From positions 62,001 through 126,000 of the forward strand of contig OZ024744.1 in assembly GCA_964016885.1 (NCBI GenBank): a stretch of DNA of 64,000 nucleotides, given 5' to 3'. Under the pieces are notes generated by a model. That model ran no database searches. It was not told the DNA's origin and saw only the letters and a list, made by a program, of their open reading frames with translations. This DNA comes from Eledone cirrhosa (lineage: Eukaryota). Positions 51,801-62,829 of the stretch are shown piece after piece. The translations under genes were made by a program, and so were the position numbers. Position 1 is the first letter of the stretch; each line of letters begins with the position of its first letter.

Positions 51801-54800
51801 TGTGAGTGATATCCTTCCTCTACAGGTTCTTCCTTTAGTATATTACCAGAGTACTGAGTTGTGTACGACCACATCACTGTGTCAGATACAGTGGCCTGTG
51901 AGTAACAACCTTCCTCTACAGGTTCTACCTTCAGTATATTACCAGAGGACTGAGTTGTGTACCACCCCATCATTGTGGCTGATGCAATGGCCTGTGAGTG
52001 ACAACCCTCCTCTACAGGTTCTTCCCTCAGTATATTACCAGAGTACTGAGTTGTGTACCACCACATCACTGTGTCTGATACAGTGGCCTGTGAGTGGCAT
52101 CCTTCCTCTACAGGTTCTTCCTTCAGGATATTACCATAGTACTGAATTGAGTACCACCACATCACTGTGGCTGATACAGTGGCCTGTGAGTAACATCCTT
52201 CCTCTATAAGTTCTTCCCTCAGTATATTACCAAAATACTGAGTTGTGTACCACCACATCACTGTGTCTGATACGGTGGCTTGTAAGTGACATACATCCTC
52301 TACAGATTCTTCCTTCAGTATATTACCAGAGTACTGAGTTGTGTACCACCCCATCACTGTGTCTGATACAGTGGCCTCTGAGTGGCATCCCTCCTCTACA
52401 GGTTCTTCCTTCAGTATAGTACCATAGTACTGAATTGTGTACCACCACATCACTGTGTCTGAGACAGTGGCCTGTGAGTGACATCCTTCCTCTAATTTTC
52501 TTCCTTCAGTATATGACCAGAGTACTGAGTTGTGTACCACCCCATCACTGTGTCTGATACTTTGTCATGTGAGTGACATGCTTCATCTACAAGTTATTCC
52601 TTTAGTATATTACCAGAGTACTCTGTTGTGTACCACCCCATCACTGTGTTTGATATATTCGCCTGTTAGTGATATCCTTCATCTACATGTTCTTCCTTCA
52701 GTATATTACCAAAGTACTGAGTTGTGTAGCACCCCATCATTGTGTCTGTTAGTGACCTGTGAGTTACATCCTTCGTCTACAGGTTCTTCCTTCAGTATAT
52801 TACCCGAGTACTTAGTTGTGTACCACCACATCATTGTGTCTGATACAGTGGCCTGTGAGTGACAAGCTTTCTCTACAGGTTATTCCTTCAGCATATTACC
52901 AGAGTACTGAGTTGTGTACCATCCCATCACTGTGTCTGATAGTGACCTGTGAGTGACATCCTTCCTCTACAGGTTCTTCCTTCAGTATATTACCAGAGTA
53001 CTGAGTTGTGTACCACCACATCACTGTGTCTGATACAGTGGCCTGTGAGTGACAACCCTCCTCTACATGTTCTTTCCTCAGTATATTACCAGAGTACTGA
53101 GTTGTGTACCACCCCATCACTGTGTCTGATAGTGGCCTGTGAGTGACATACTTCCTCTACAGGTTCTTCCTTCACTATATTACCAGAGTACTGAGTTGTG
53201 TACCACCACATCACTGTGTCTGATACAGTGGCCTGTGAGTGATATCCGTCCTCTACATGTTCTTCCTGCAGTATATTACCAGAGTACTGAGTTGTGTACC
53301 ACCCCATCACTGTGTCTGATACAGTGGCCGTGAGTGACATACTTCCTTTACAAGTTCTTCTCTCTTTACATTACCAGAGTACTGAGTTGTGTACCACCAC
53401 AGCACTGTGTCTGATACAGTGGCCTGTGAGTGATATCCTTCCTCTACATGTTCTTCCTGCAGTATATTACCAGAGTACTGAGTTGTGTACCACCCCATCA
53501 CTGTGTCTGATACAGTGGCCGTGAGTGACATACTTCATTTACAAGTTCTTCTCTCTTTACATTACCAGAGTACTGAGTTGTGTACCACCCCATAACTGCG
53601 TCTGATACAGTGGCCTGTGAGTGACATACTTCCTCTACAGATTCTTCCTTCAGTATATTACCAGAGTTCTGAGTTGTGTACCACCCCATCATTGTGACTC
53701 ATAGTGGCCTGTGAGTGACATAATTCCTCCACAGGTTCTTCCTTGAGTATATTACCAGAGTACTGAGTTGTGTAACACCACATCACTGTGTGTTATACTG
53801 TAGCCTGTGAGTGACATCCTTCCTCTACAGGTTCCTCATTCAGTATATTACCAGAGTACTGAATTGTGTACCACCAAATCACTGTGTCTGATACAGTGCC
53901 CTGTGAGTGACATCCTTCCTCTACAGGTTCCTCATTCAGTATATTACCAGAGTACTGAATTGTGTACCACCACATCACTGTGTCTGATACAGTGGCCTGT
54001 GAGTGACATACTTCATCTACAAGTTCCTCATTCAGTATATTACCCGAGTACTGTGTTGTGTACCACCACATCACCGTTTCCTGATACAGTGGCCTGTGAG
54101 TGACATCCTTCATCTACAAGTTCCTCATTCAGTATATTACCAGAGTACTGAGTTGTGTACCACCACATCACTGTGTCTGTTAGTGACCTGTGAGTTACAT
54201 CCTTCCTCTACAGGTTCTTCCTTCAGTATATTACCAGGGTACTGATTTGTGTACCACCACATCACTGTGTCTGATACAGTGGCCTGTGAGTGACATACTT
54301 TCTCTACAATTCTTCCCTCAGTATATTACCGGAGTACTGAGTTGTGTACCACCCCATCACTGTGTCTGATACAGTGGGCTGTGAGTGACATCCTTCCTCT
54401 AGAAGTTCTACCTTTAGTATATTACCAGAGTACTGAGTTGTGTACCACCACATCATTGTGTCTGATGCAGTGGCCTGTGAGTAACATCCTTCCTCTACAG
54501 GTTCTTCCTTCAGCATATTACCGGAGTACTGAGTTGTGTACCACCCCATCACTGTGTCTGATACAGTGGGCTGTGAGTGACATCCTTCCTCTACAGGTTC
54601 TTCCCTCAGTATATTACCAGAGCACTGAGTTGTGTACCACCACATCACTGTGTCTGATACAGTGGGCTGTTAGTGACATCCTTCCTCTACAGGTTCTTCC
54701 CTCAGTATATTACCAGGACACTGAGTTGTGTACCACCCCATCACTGTGTCTGATACAGTGGCCTGTGAGTAACATCCTTCCTCTACAGGTTCTTCCTTCA

Positions 54801-56120
54801 GCATATTACCGGAGTACTGAGTTGTGTACCACCCCATCACTGTGTCTGATACAGTGGGCTGTGAGTGACATCCTTCCTCTACAGGTTCTTCCCTCAGTAT
54901 ATTACCAGAGCACTGAGTTGTGTACCACCACATCACTGTGTCTGATACAGTGGGCTGTTAGTGACATCCTTCCTCTACAGGTTCTTCCCTCAGTATATTA
55001 CCAGGACACTGAGTTGTGTACCACCCCATCACTGTGTCTGATACAGTGGCATGTGAGTAACATCCTTCCTCTACAAGTTATTCCTTCAGTATATTACCAG
55101 AGTACTGAGACGTGTACCACCACATCACTGTGTCTGATACAGTGGCCTGTGAGTGGCATCCTTCCTCTACAGGTTCATCCCTCAGTATATTACCAGAGTA
55201 CTGAGTTGTGTACCACCCCATCACTGTGTCTGATACAGTGGCCTCTGAGTGGCATCCTTCCTCTACAGGTTCATCCCTCAGTATATTACCAGAGTACTGA
55301 GTTGTGTACCACCCCATCACTGTGTCTGATACTGTGGCATGTGAGTGGCATCCTTCATCTACAAGTTATTCATTCAGTATATTACCAGAGTACTCTGTTG
55401 TGTACCACCCCATCACTGTGTCTGATACAGTGGCCTGTGAGTGACATCCTTCCTCTACAAGTTATTCCTTCAGTATATTACCAGAGTACTGAGTTGTGTA
55501 CCACCCCATCACTGTGTTTGATATATTCGCCTGTTAGTGACATCCTTCATCTACATGTTCTTCCTTCAGTATATTACCAAAGTACTGAGTTGTGTACCAC
55601 CCCATCATTGTGTCTGTTAGTGACCTGTGAGTGACATCCTTCCTCTACATGTTCTTCCTTCAGTATATTACCAGAGTAATGAGTTGTGTACCACCCCATC
55701 ACTGTGTCTGATACAGTGGCCTGTGAGTCACATCCTTCATCTACAGGTTCTTCCTTCAGTATATTACCAGAGTACTGAGTTGTGTATCACCCCATCACTG
55801 TGTCTGATACAGTGGCCTGTGAGTGACATCCTTCATCTACAAGTTCTTCCTTCAGTATATTACCAAAATACTGAGTTGTGTACCACCCCATCACTGTGTC
55901 TGATACAGTGGCCTGTGAGTAACATCCTTCCTCTACAAGTTCTTCCCTCAGTGTATTACCAGATTACTGAGTTGTGTACCACCCCATCACTGTGTCTGAT
56001 ACAGTGGCTTGCGAGTGACATCTTTCCTCTACAGTTTCTTCCTTCAGTATACTACCGGAGTACTGAGTTGTGTACCACCACATCCCTGTGTCTGATACAG
56101 TGGCCTGTGAGTGACATCTT
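36836..56120. repeat. 96-bp tandem satellite (~200 monomers) with higher-order repeats of ~6.92 kb and ~4.33 kb
   Basis: Consensus cagtatattaccagagtactgagttgtgtaccaccccatcactgtgtctgatacagtggcctgtgagtgacatccttcctctacaggttcttcctt. Matching ORF-track entries recur at offsets 6922-6923 (37226/44149, 38956/45878, 40699/47621) and 4327 (37226/41553). Confidence 0.97.
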
Positions 56121-56898
56121 TCTTTGTTGAACTTTTAATGAAACTTTTGGAAGATCATCATAAAATTCTATATTTGTTACCAAACCCATTGAGTGTCATT
56201 CTGACCATTCTGGTGTAGCATCTATCAAATTATATTTTAAGGCATTTCTAAGTGTCCTACTGTAGCCATGAACACTGTAACCTCCAGTCTTCTTGCTAGC
56301 TTGGAGCTCCATATCATTTTACGCTGTACACACCAGCGCTTTTCTACTGAAAATTCTTTTTTCAGAAATCTGTGTTCAGGATCCTAAATATTTAAAGTTT
56401 TCAACAACATTCAATGTTTCTCCCCATTTTACTGTGATATCAACAGGTACATCATGACTGAAGACTTGGAACTCTGTTTCCATCCTATTGTAATGCAATC
56501 CAATCTTCGCTGGCTCCCGCTCTAATTTGCTTAGTACCTCTTGTGCCTAATCTATCTCTTCAGTAAGCAGGGCCAGATCGTCTGCAAGGTCTAGATCTGT
56601 AACCGTAATTGTAGAATGTCTTCTGCTTATTTATCTTATAGTGTAAAGCTAAGCTCTATTTCTCTGTCATCGTATGTCTTGCACATCCCCTAGTCCAAAA
56701 CAATTGTAAAAAGAAAGGGCTATAGTGTCGCATTCAGGGTTCCCACAACTGTTTCAAAATAGTTGATTTCACCATCAGGACTAATAACTCTTGCTCTGGT
56801 GCCTTCGTACATTTTACTAATTGCTCCAAGTAATCTTTGTTGGGTATCTTAAGTAGTTAGAATTTTTATCATCCTTCCTATGTGCACAGAGTCAAAAA
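56121..56898 (-). mobile_element. Degenerate RTE reverse-transcriptase region, directly continuous with the satellite
   Basis: FDSVH..MIKIL, MYEGTRARVISPDGE, PFLFTIVLD, VTDLDLADDLALL, VVENFKYLGS, then DDLPKVSLKVQQRKMSLTGHCIRH running into the first monomer. Confidence 0.85.
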
Positions 56899-57110
56899 CT
56901 TACGTAGATAATGATGGACTTTCTGTTGTCATTCTTCCGACATACCATCAGTTTTCGCAAGGCTCACATATATACATCAGCACAACAATAACACCAACGT
57001 TTCTCCACACATGGGTTTATCCACCTTATTTTATTCATCAGTTCCACCACACACGAGATATAGACTTCCATATATAGAAACATGCAGATAGTGTCTAAAT
57101 TATAACTTAC

Positions 57111-57167
57111 ACTTTGAAAAGGCAGACCTACATGTCTGTATCTTAGCATTTTCTATCAAAGGTTTAT
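57111..57167 (-). CDS. Micro-exon 8 (57 bp, phase 1-1) KPLIENAKIQTCRSAFSK
   Basis: Acceptor GTTTACTATTATTTTCTTGGTTATGTTTTCCAG, donor GTAAGTTATAATTTAGAC, open frame. Confidence 0.72.
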
Positions 57168-57380
57168 CTGGAAAACATAACCAAGAAAATAATAGTAAAC
57201 TGACATGTATATATATATATATAATGGCCTCAGCCGGATGGCTGGTACAGTTAAAAGAGTAAAAGAGATTATATATATACAATATATGTGGGCGATGACA
57301 ACGGAAAAATGGAAAAAACAGATAAAACACAGGACAGGTCTCATTAGTTGACTTTTTGAGATCCTTGTGATTTCGGCTCA

Positions 57381-57870
57381 CTAACTCCAGTGCACTTAGG
57401 ACAGTTACAAATGGAGTCAAGACAAGACGCTTAGTTTTTCGACTATTTACAAAGCTAATAAAATCTGCTACAGATCAATATATTTCAACTGAAAAGAAGA
57501 GATAATAAGTTCAACATATTAACCTAGAAGAGAAAGTATGCACGGAAAGTGAAGTGAGAAAGAGAAACTTTACACCACCTGAGTTATTTGATCTCTACTT
57601 CACTGTCTCCCTGTTCGATGTATCTGTCTATTTAGGACTAATATCAATATGTCTCTTCTACCTTCTCTGTCTCACATCCCCTTCTGTACATACATTCTAG
57701 TCTAGGCTGATATGTTTGACTTTGTATCCAACTCTTATTCCATATCCAACTCTTACTGTCAGTTGCAATATATTGATTTGTAAAAATTTATATTTTATTT
57801 GTAAATAGTCGAAAGACAAATCGTCATAACTTGTCTCCATTTCATACTGTCCTAAGTGCACTGGAGCTAA
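57381..57870. mobile_element. MITE-like element with ~70-bp terminal inverted repeats
   Basis: ctccagtgcacttaggacagt..aaatggag..tcgactatttacaaa (57381-57453) is mirrored at 57798-57870. The interior is non-coding. Confidence 0.65.
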
Positions 57871-58194
57871 TGTAATCGATCTTAATGCATCGAAATACCA
57901 AGGAACTTCAGAGGTTCCTTGATGGGAAGGGACTGTCCTGCATTATGTCCATTTTCCCGCAGTCTTCATATTTTCTTAATACATTTTGTATGGTCTTAAC
58001 CAAGCACGATTTTATTTTCATTCAAATGAACCCACACAGATACACCCCCCCCCCCGCCCACACACAGATACACATACACAATAACGTTATATGACACACA
58101 ATGTACATGAGAATGTCGTTTTTATGTTAATGTTGAAACTGACGTATTAATTACTGAACAGACTAATAGAAAGTATGTTTTAAATATAACTTAC

Positions 58195-58272
58195 GTTTTT
58201 TCCAGTTACCACATGTTGGAATATCTGACTCAGAGATAAAGTGCTCTAGAGGAGATAACTCTTCATTCGTGA
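58195..58272 (-). CDS. Micro-exon 7 (78 bp, phase 1-1) TNEELSPLEHFISESDIPTCGNWKK
   Basis: Acceptor CTTTACTATTATTTTCTTCTGTATTTATTTCTAG, donor GTAAGTTATATTTAAAAC, open frame. Confidence 0.75.
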
Positions 58273-59565
58273 CTAGAAATAAATACAGAAGAAAATAATA
58301 GTAAAGCTAGAAGGGTTTCTTGGGAAGAGTTTGTTGTCAAGTTGAAGAAGTGGTAGAAAAGTTGTCGTTTTTTTAATCAGCTAGAACCATTTCTACAGTT
58401 TGTTCTGTCAATAACATGCTGACGTATACCACAAATCTGGAACTTCCGAAAGGAGCAAAGTGTGGCTAGTCATATGTGGGGTGTCTGGGATTATGAGACA
58501 AATAATGTAGTTTCCCACTGGTCCTAAAGAACAAATAAGTATAGTGGTATAACCAAATATTTACAGTAATGGCTGATCTAATCGATAAGAGGATGAGGTG
58601 TATGAACAGTGATGGAAGACCAGAAATATTAAAAGAAGTGTACGATGAAATTTTGTTAAAGATGAGAACAGTGATCTGTGAGATAATTCCATCTACCTCA
58701 ATATTTCTAGTGCAACATTCATCTTCCCTTTTGAACTAGATATAATGTCAGTCTTTCTTAGCTAACTCTGATAATGCCCTGAAAAAGTGTATGTTCGCTT
58801 TTGAACTTATTCCAAGGTCTCTGAGGATCGAGGTCAATAACATGTTTAACACGCACACTCAGGGCTCATACAGAACCTTACACACACACACAAACCCCCC
58901 ACACACACATACACGCACACACACACACACATACACACATACACACATACACATGCACAAAATAATACCAATGGAGAAAAACACAAACAGTTACTCGATA
59001 AAATTAAATGCAAAAGTATACCACGAATCTAAAGCTTCCGTAAAGTGTAGCTAGTCATATGTGGGATGTCTGGAATTATGAGACATATATTGTAGTTTTC
59101 ACAGGTTCTAAAGAACAAATATATATAGTGGTATAACCAAATATTGAGTGTATTGCCTGATCTAGGGGATACGTGTATGAGGAGTATGAACAACGAAGGG
59201 AGACCAGAAAGAGTTAAGAAGTGTAGGATGTAGTTTTGTTAAAGATGAGAACACTAATCTGTGAGATAATTCCATCTACCTCAATGTATCTTGTGCAACA
59301 TTCATCTTCTCTTTTGAACCAGATATAATGTCATTCTTTCTTAGCTAACTCTGATAATGGCCTGAAAAAGTATATCTCTACTTCTGTCCTCATTCCAAGG
59401 TCTCTGAGGATCGAGGTGAATAAAATGTTTATATTTGATTATGTTAGGGAGTTTATAATATAAAGTGTGATATTCTTGACTGAATTAAGTAGTTATAAAT
59501 TTACTGATCAAAACCTAAATAAATAACTGAATAAGTTAATAGACAATATTTAAATTATAACTTAC

Positions 59566-59625
59566 AATTTTTATTTCGTCTAAATATTAGTGATGTATTT
59601 CGAGGTGACAAAGGTGAGATGCCAT
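59566..59625 (-). CDS. Micro-exon 6 (60 bp, phase 1-1) GISPLSPRNTSLIFRRNKN
   Basis: Acceptor GTACTATTATTTTGCTTATAATTTCTAG, donor GTAAGTTATAATTTAAAT, open frame. Confidence 0.75.
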
Positions 59626-59951
59626 CTAGAAATTATAAGCAAAATAATAGTACACCTACATGTATATATACCTATAATATTACAAATACTGGAAACAGTT
59701 ATTAGATTCATTATTTCTGATATACTGATATATACACCAGGTCCGAACACAGAAATACCGAACTCCCGCTGACCCTACCATTTATATTTATAAGATCCAG
59801 GATCCCGGTTGGTTAGCTCCGTAAATATATATTTACTATCAAATTTTGTAAGTGTGATATTCTTTTCTGAATTAATTAGTTACAAATTTACTGATATAAA
59901 CATAAATAAATTACTGAATAATTAATAGATAATTTTTAAATTATAACTTAC

Positions 59952-59999
59952 AATTAGTCATGAAATTAGAACTTCGATGAGACAAACATGAAGTGACAG
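59952..59999 (-). CDS. Micro-exon 5 (48 bp, phase 1-1) VTSCLSHRSSNFMTN
   Basis: Acceptor GTTTACTATTATTTTGTTTATATTTTGTAG, donor GTAAGTTATAATTTAAAA. It carries a 12-nt in-frame deletion relative to its 60-bp paralogues. Confidence 0.72.
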
Positions 60000-60654
60000 C
60001 TACAAAATATAAACAAAATAATAGTAAACCTATATGTATATATACAAATAATATAACAATTACATGAAACAGTTATTAGACTCATTATCTCTGATACTCT
60101 GATATATACACCAGGTCCAAATACAAAAAGTACCAAGCTCCCGCTGTCCTTGCCATTTATATATATATATATATATATATATAGATGTGTTTATACAAAT
60201 GAAAACTTTCAGGACCACTGTGTCTTAGCTCCGTAAATATACATTTACTACCAAACTTTCTATAATCACGATGACAGTCATAACTAAAATGTATTCTTAT
60301 ATACACACGCATAGAGAATGTATACACAGAAACTCACACTCACACACGCACACAGAGGATCACACACAACATTACACACACGCACACACAAAAAGCCACC
60401 AATGGACAAACACACACAGCAGTTACTCGATAAAGATATACAACACAATATACATATATCAACATACGCAAAACACCAACATGACTTGACTTTTATATAT
60501 ACACACTATTTTATTCATCAATTCCAGCATACACAATATATAGACTTCCATGTTTACAAATATATAATGTAATCTCGATTTTACATTAATGTTGAAACAC
60601 GTGTCATAGTTTTCTGTATAGACTAATAGAAAGTGTGTTTGAAATACTACTTGC

Positions 60655-60720
60655 GTTTTTTGGAGAGGGTATTTGTCGGCATATCTGACTCAAAGATAAA
60701 GTTCTCTACAGTAGTCATAA
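60655..60720 (-). CDS. Micro-exon 4 (66 bp, phase 1-1) MTTVENFIFESDMPTNTLSKK, GC donor
   Basis: Acceptor CTATTATTTTCTTCCGTATTTTTTTTTCCAG, donor GCAAGTAGTATTTCAAAC, open frame. Confidence 0.65.
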
Positions 60721-61356
60721 CTGGAAAAAAAAATACGGAAGAAAATAATAGGAATTCTAGAAGGGTTTCTTGTAAAGAGTTTATTGTCAATTTGAGGAAA
60801 TGGTACAAAAGGTTTTCGTGTTTTAAATACGCTAGAACCATTTAGTTATATATAGGGTGTCTGGAATTATGAGACAAATATTGTAGTTTCGCACTTGTCC
60901 TAAAGAACAAATATATATGATGGTATAACCAAATATTTAGAGCAATGCCCGATCTAGGGCATATGTGAATGAGGAGTATGAACAACGAAGGGAGACCAGA
61001 AATAGTGAAGAAGTGACGGAGGAAATTTTGTGAAAGATGAGAACACTGATATGTGAGATAATTCCATCTACCTCAAATGTATCTAGTGCAGCATTCATCT
61101 TCTCTGTTGAACCAGATATAATGTCATTCTTTCTTAGGTAACTCTGATAATGCCCTGAAAAGTTGTATCTTTACTTTTGATTACATTGTAAGATCTCAGA
61201 GGATGGAGGTGAATAACATGTTTATCCTTGATTATATTTGGGAGTTAGTAATATAAACTGGGATATTCTTGAATGAATTAATTAGTTACAAATTTACTGA
61301 TCAAAGCATAAATAAATTACTGAATAATTAAGAGATAATTTAAAATTATTACTTAC

Positions 61357-61416
61357 AATTTACAGTACGTTTGGTCTTGAAATCAGAACTTCGAGGAGAG
61401 AAATATGACGTGTCAG
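61357..61416 (-). CDS. Micro-exon 3 (60 bp, phase 1-1) DTSYFSPRSSDFKTKRTVN
   Basis: Acceptor GTTTACTATTATTTTGTTTATCTTTTCTAG, donor GTAAGTAATAATTTTAAA, open frame. Confidence 0.75.
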
Positions 61417-62069
61417 CTAGAAAAGATAAACAAAATAATAGTAAACCTATATGTATATATACAAATAATATTACAAATACAAGAATTAGTTATGAGACTC
61501 ATTATCTCTGATATACTGATATATAAACCAGGTCCGAACACAAAAGGTACCAAGCTCCAGCTGTCCTGCCATTTATATATGTATACATATATAAGTATTT
61601 ATATAAATGAAAGCTTTCAGGACCACGGCGTGTTAGCTCCGTAAATATACATTTACTACCAACTTTTCTATAATTACTATGACATTCATAATTAAAATTT
61701 AATATGACATACACACGCATACAGAGTGTATACACAGAACCTCACACTCATACACGCACACACAGGATTACACACAACATTACACAAACACAGACTCAAA
61801 ATGCCACCAAGGGACAAACACGCACAGCAGTTACTCGATAAAGATATACAAAAAATATACATATACGTATACATCAACATACCCAAAACACCAACATGAC
61901 TTCACTTATATATATATACACACTATTTTATTCATCAGTTCCAGCATACACAATATATAGACTTCCATGTTTACAAATCTATAATGTAATCTCGACTTGA
62001 CATTAGTGTTGAAACACGTCATAATTTTCTGTACAGACTAATAGAAAGTGGGTTTGAGATACAACTTAC

Positions 62070-62135
62070 ATTCTTTGGAGACAGCATATGTTTCTAAGTC
62101 TGACTCATGGATAAGGTTCTCTGCAGGAGTCATAA
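62070..62135 (-). CDS. Micro-exon 2 (66 bp, phase 1-1) MTPAENLIHESDLETYAVSKE
   Basis: Acceptor CTACTATTTACTTCCGTATTTTTATCCAG, donor GTAAGTTGTATCTCAAAC, open frame. Confidence 0.75.
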
Positions 62136-62769
62136 CTGGATAAAAATACGGAAGTAAATAGTAGGAAAGCTAGAAAGTTTTCTTGGGAATAGTTTGTTGT
62201 CAATTTGAAGAAATGGTAGAATAAGGTGTCGATTTTTAAATTAGCTAGAATCGTTTGCCCATATGTTGGGTATCTGGTATTATGAGATAACTATATTAGT
62301 TTCCCACTGGTCCTAAAGAACAAATATATATAATGGTACCACCAAATATGCAGGTCAATGGCTGATCAAGGTGATACGAGAACGGGGTGTAAGAACAACG
62401 AAGGAAGACCTGAAATAGTGAAGTAGTTTCGGAGGAAATTTTGTTAAATATGAGAACACTGATTTGTGAGATAATTCCATCTACCTCAATGTATCTAGTT
62501 CAAAATTCATCTTAGCTTTTTAACCACATATAATGCCATTCTTTCATAGCTAACTCCGATAATGCTCCGAAAAAGTGTATCTTTACTTTTGACCTCATTC
62601 CAAGGTCTCTGAGGATCGAGGTCAATAAAATGTTTATCCTTGATTATCTTAGGGAGTTAGTAATACACAGTGTGATATTCTTCTCTGAATTAATTAGTTA
62701 TAAATATACTGATCAAAACATAAATAAATTACTGAATAATTAATAGATAATTTTAAAACTATAACTTAC

Positions 62770-62829
62770 AACTTTCAGTACGTTTAGTCTTCAATTTTGC
62801 ACTTCGAGGAGACAAGTATGAAGTGTCAG
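62770..62829 (-). CDS. Micro-exon 1 in window (60 bp, phase 1-1) DTSYLSPRSAKLKTKRTES
   Basis: Acceptor GTTTACTATTATTTTCTCTATATTTTCTAG, donor GTAAGTTATAGTTTTAAA, open frame. Confidence 0.75.

Noticed and set aside
36836-56120. CRISPR-like array (regular period, internal hairpin cactgtgtctgatacagtg)
   Set aside because: There are no unique spacers: the whole 96 bp is repeated. No cas genes, eukaryotic context, and the monomer derives from an RTE ORF.
36783-56130. 32-aa repeat proteins (GCHSQATVSDTVMGWYTTQYSGNILKEEPVEE and LCTTPSLCLIQWPVSDILPLQVLPSVYYQSTE)
   Set aside because: They are open only because the monomer is 96 bp. Frequent 1-2 nt indels and stops break both frames, and the ancestral coding frame is a third one containing a stop.
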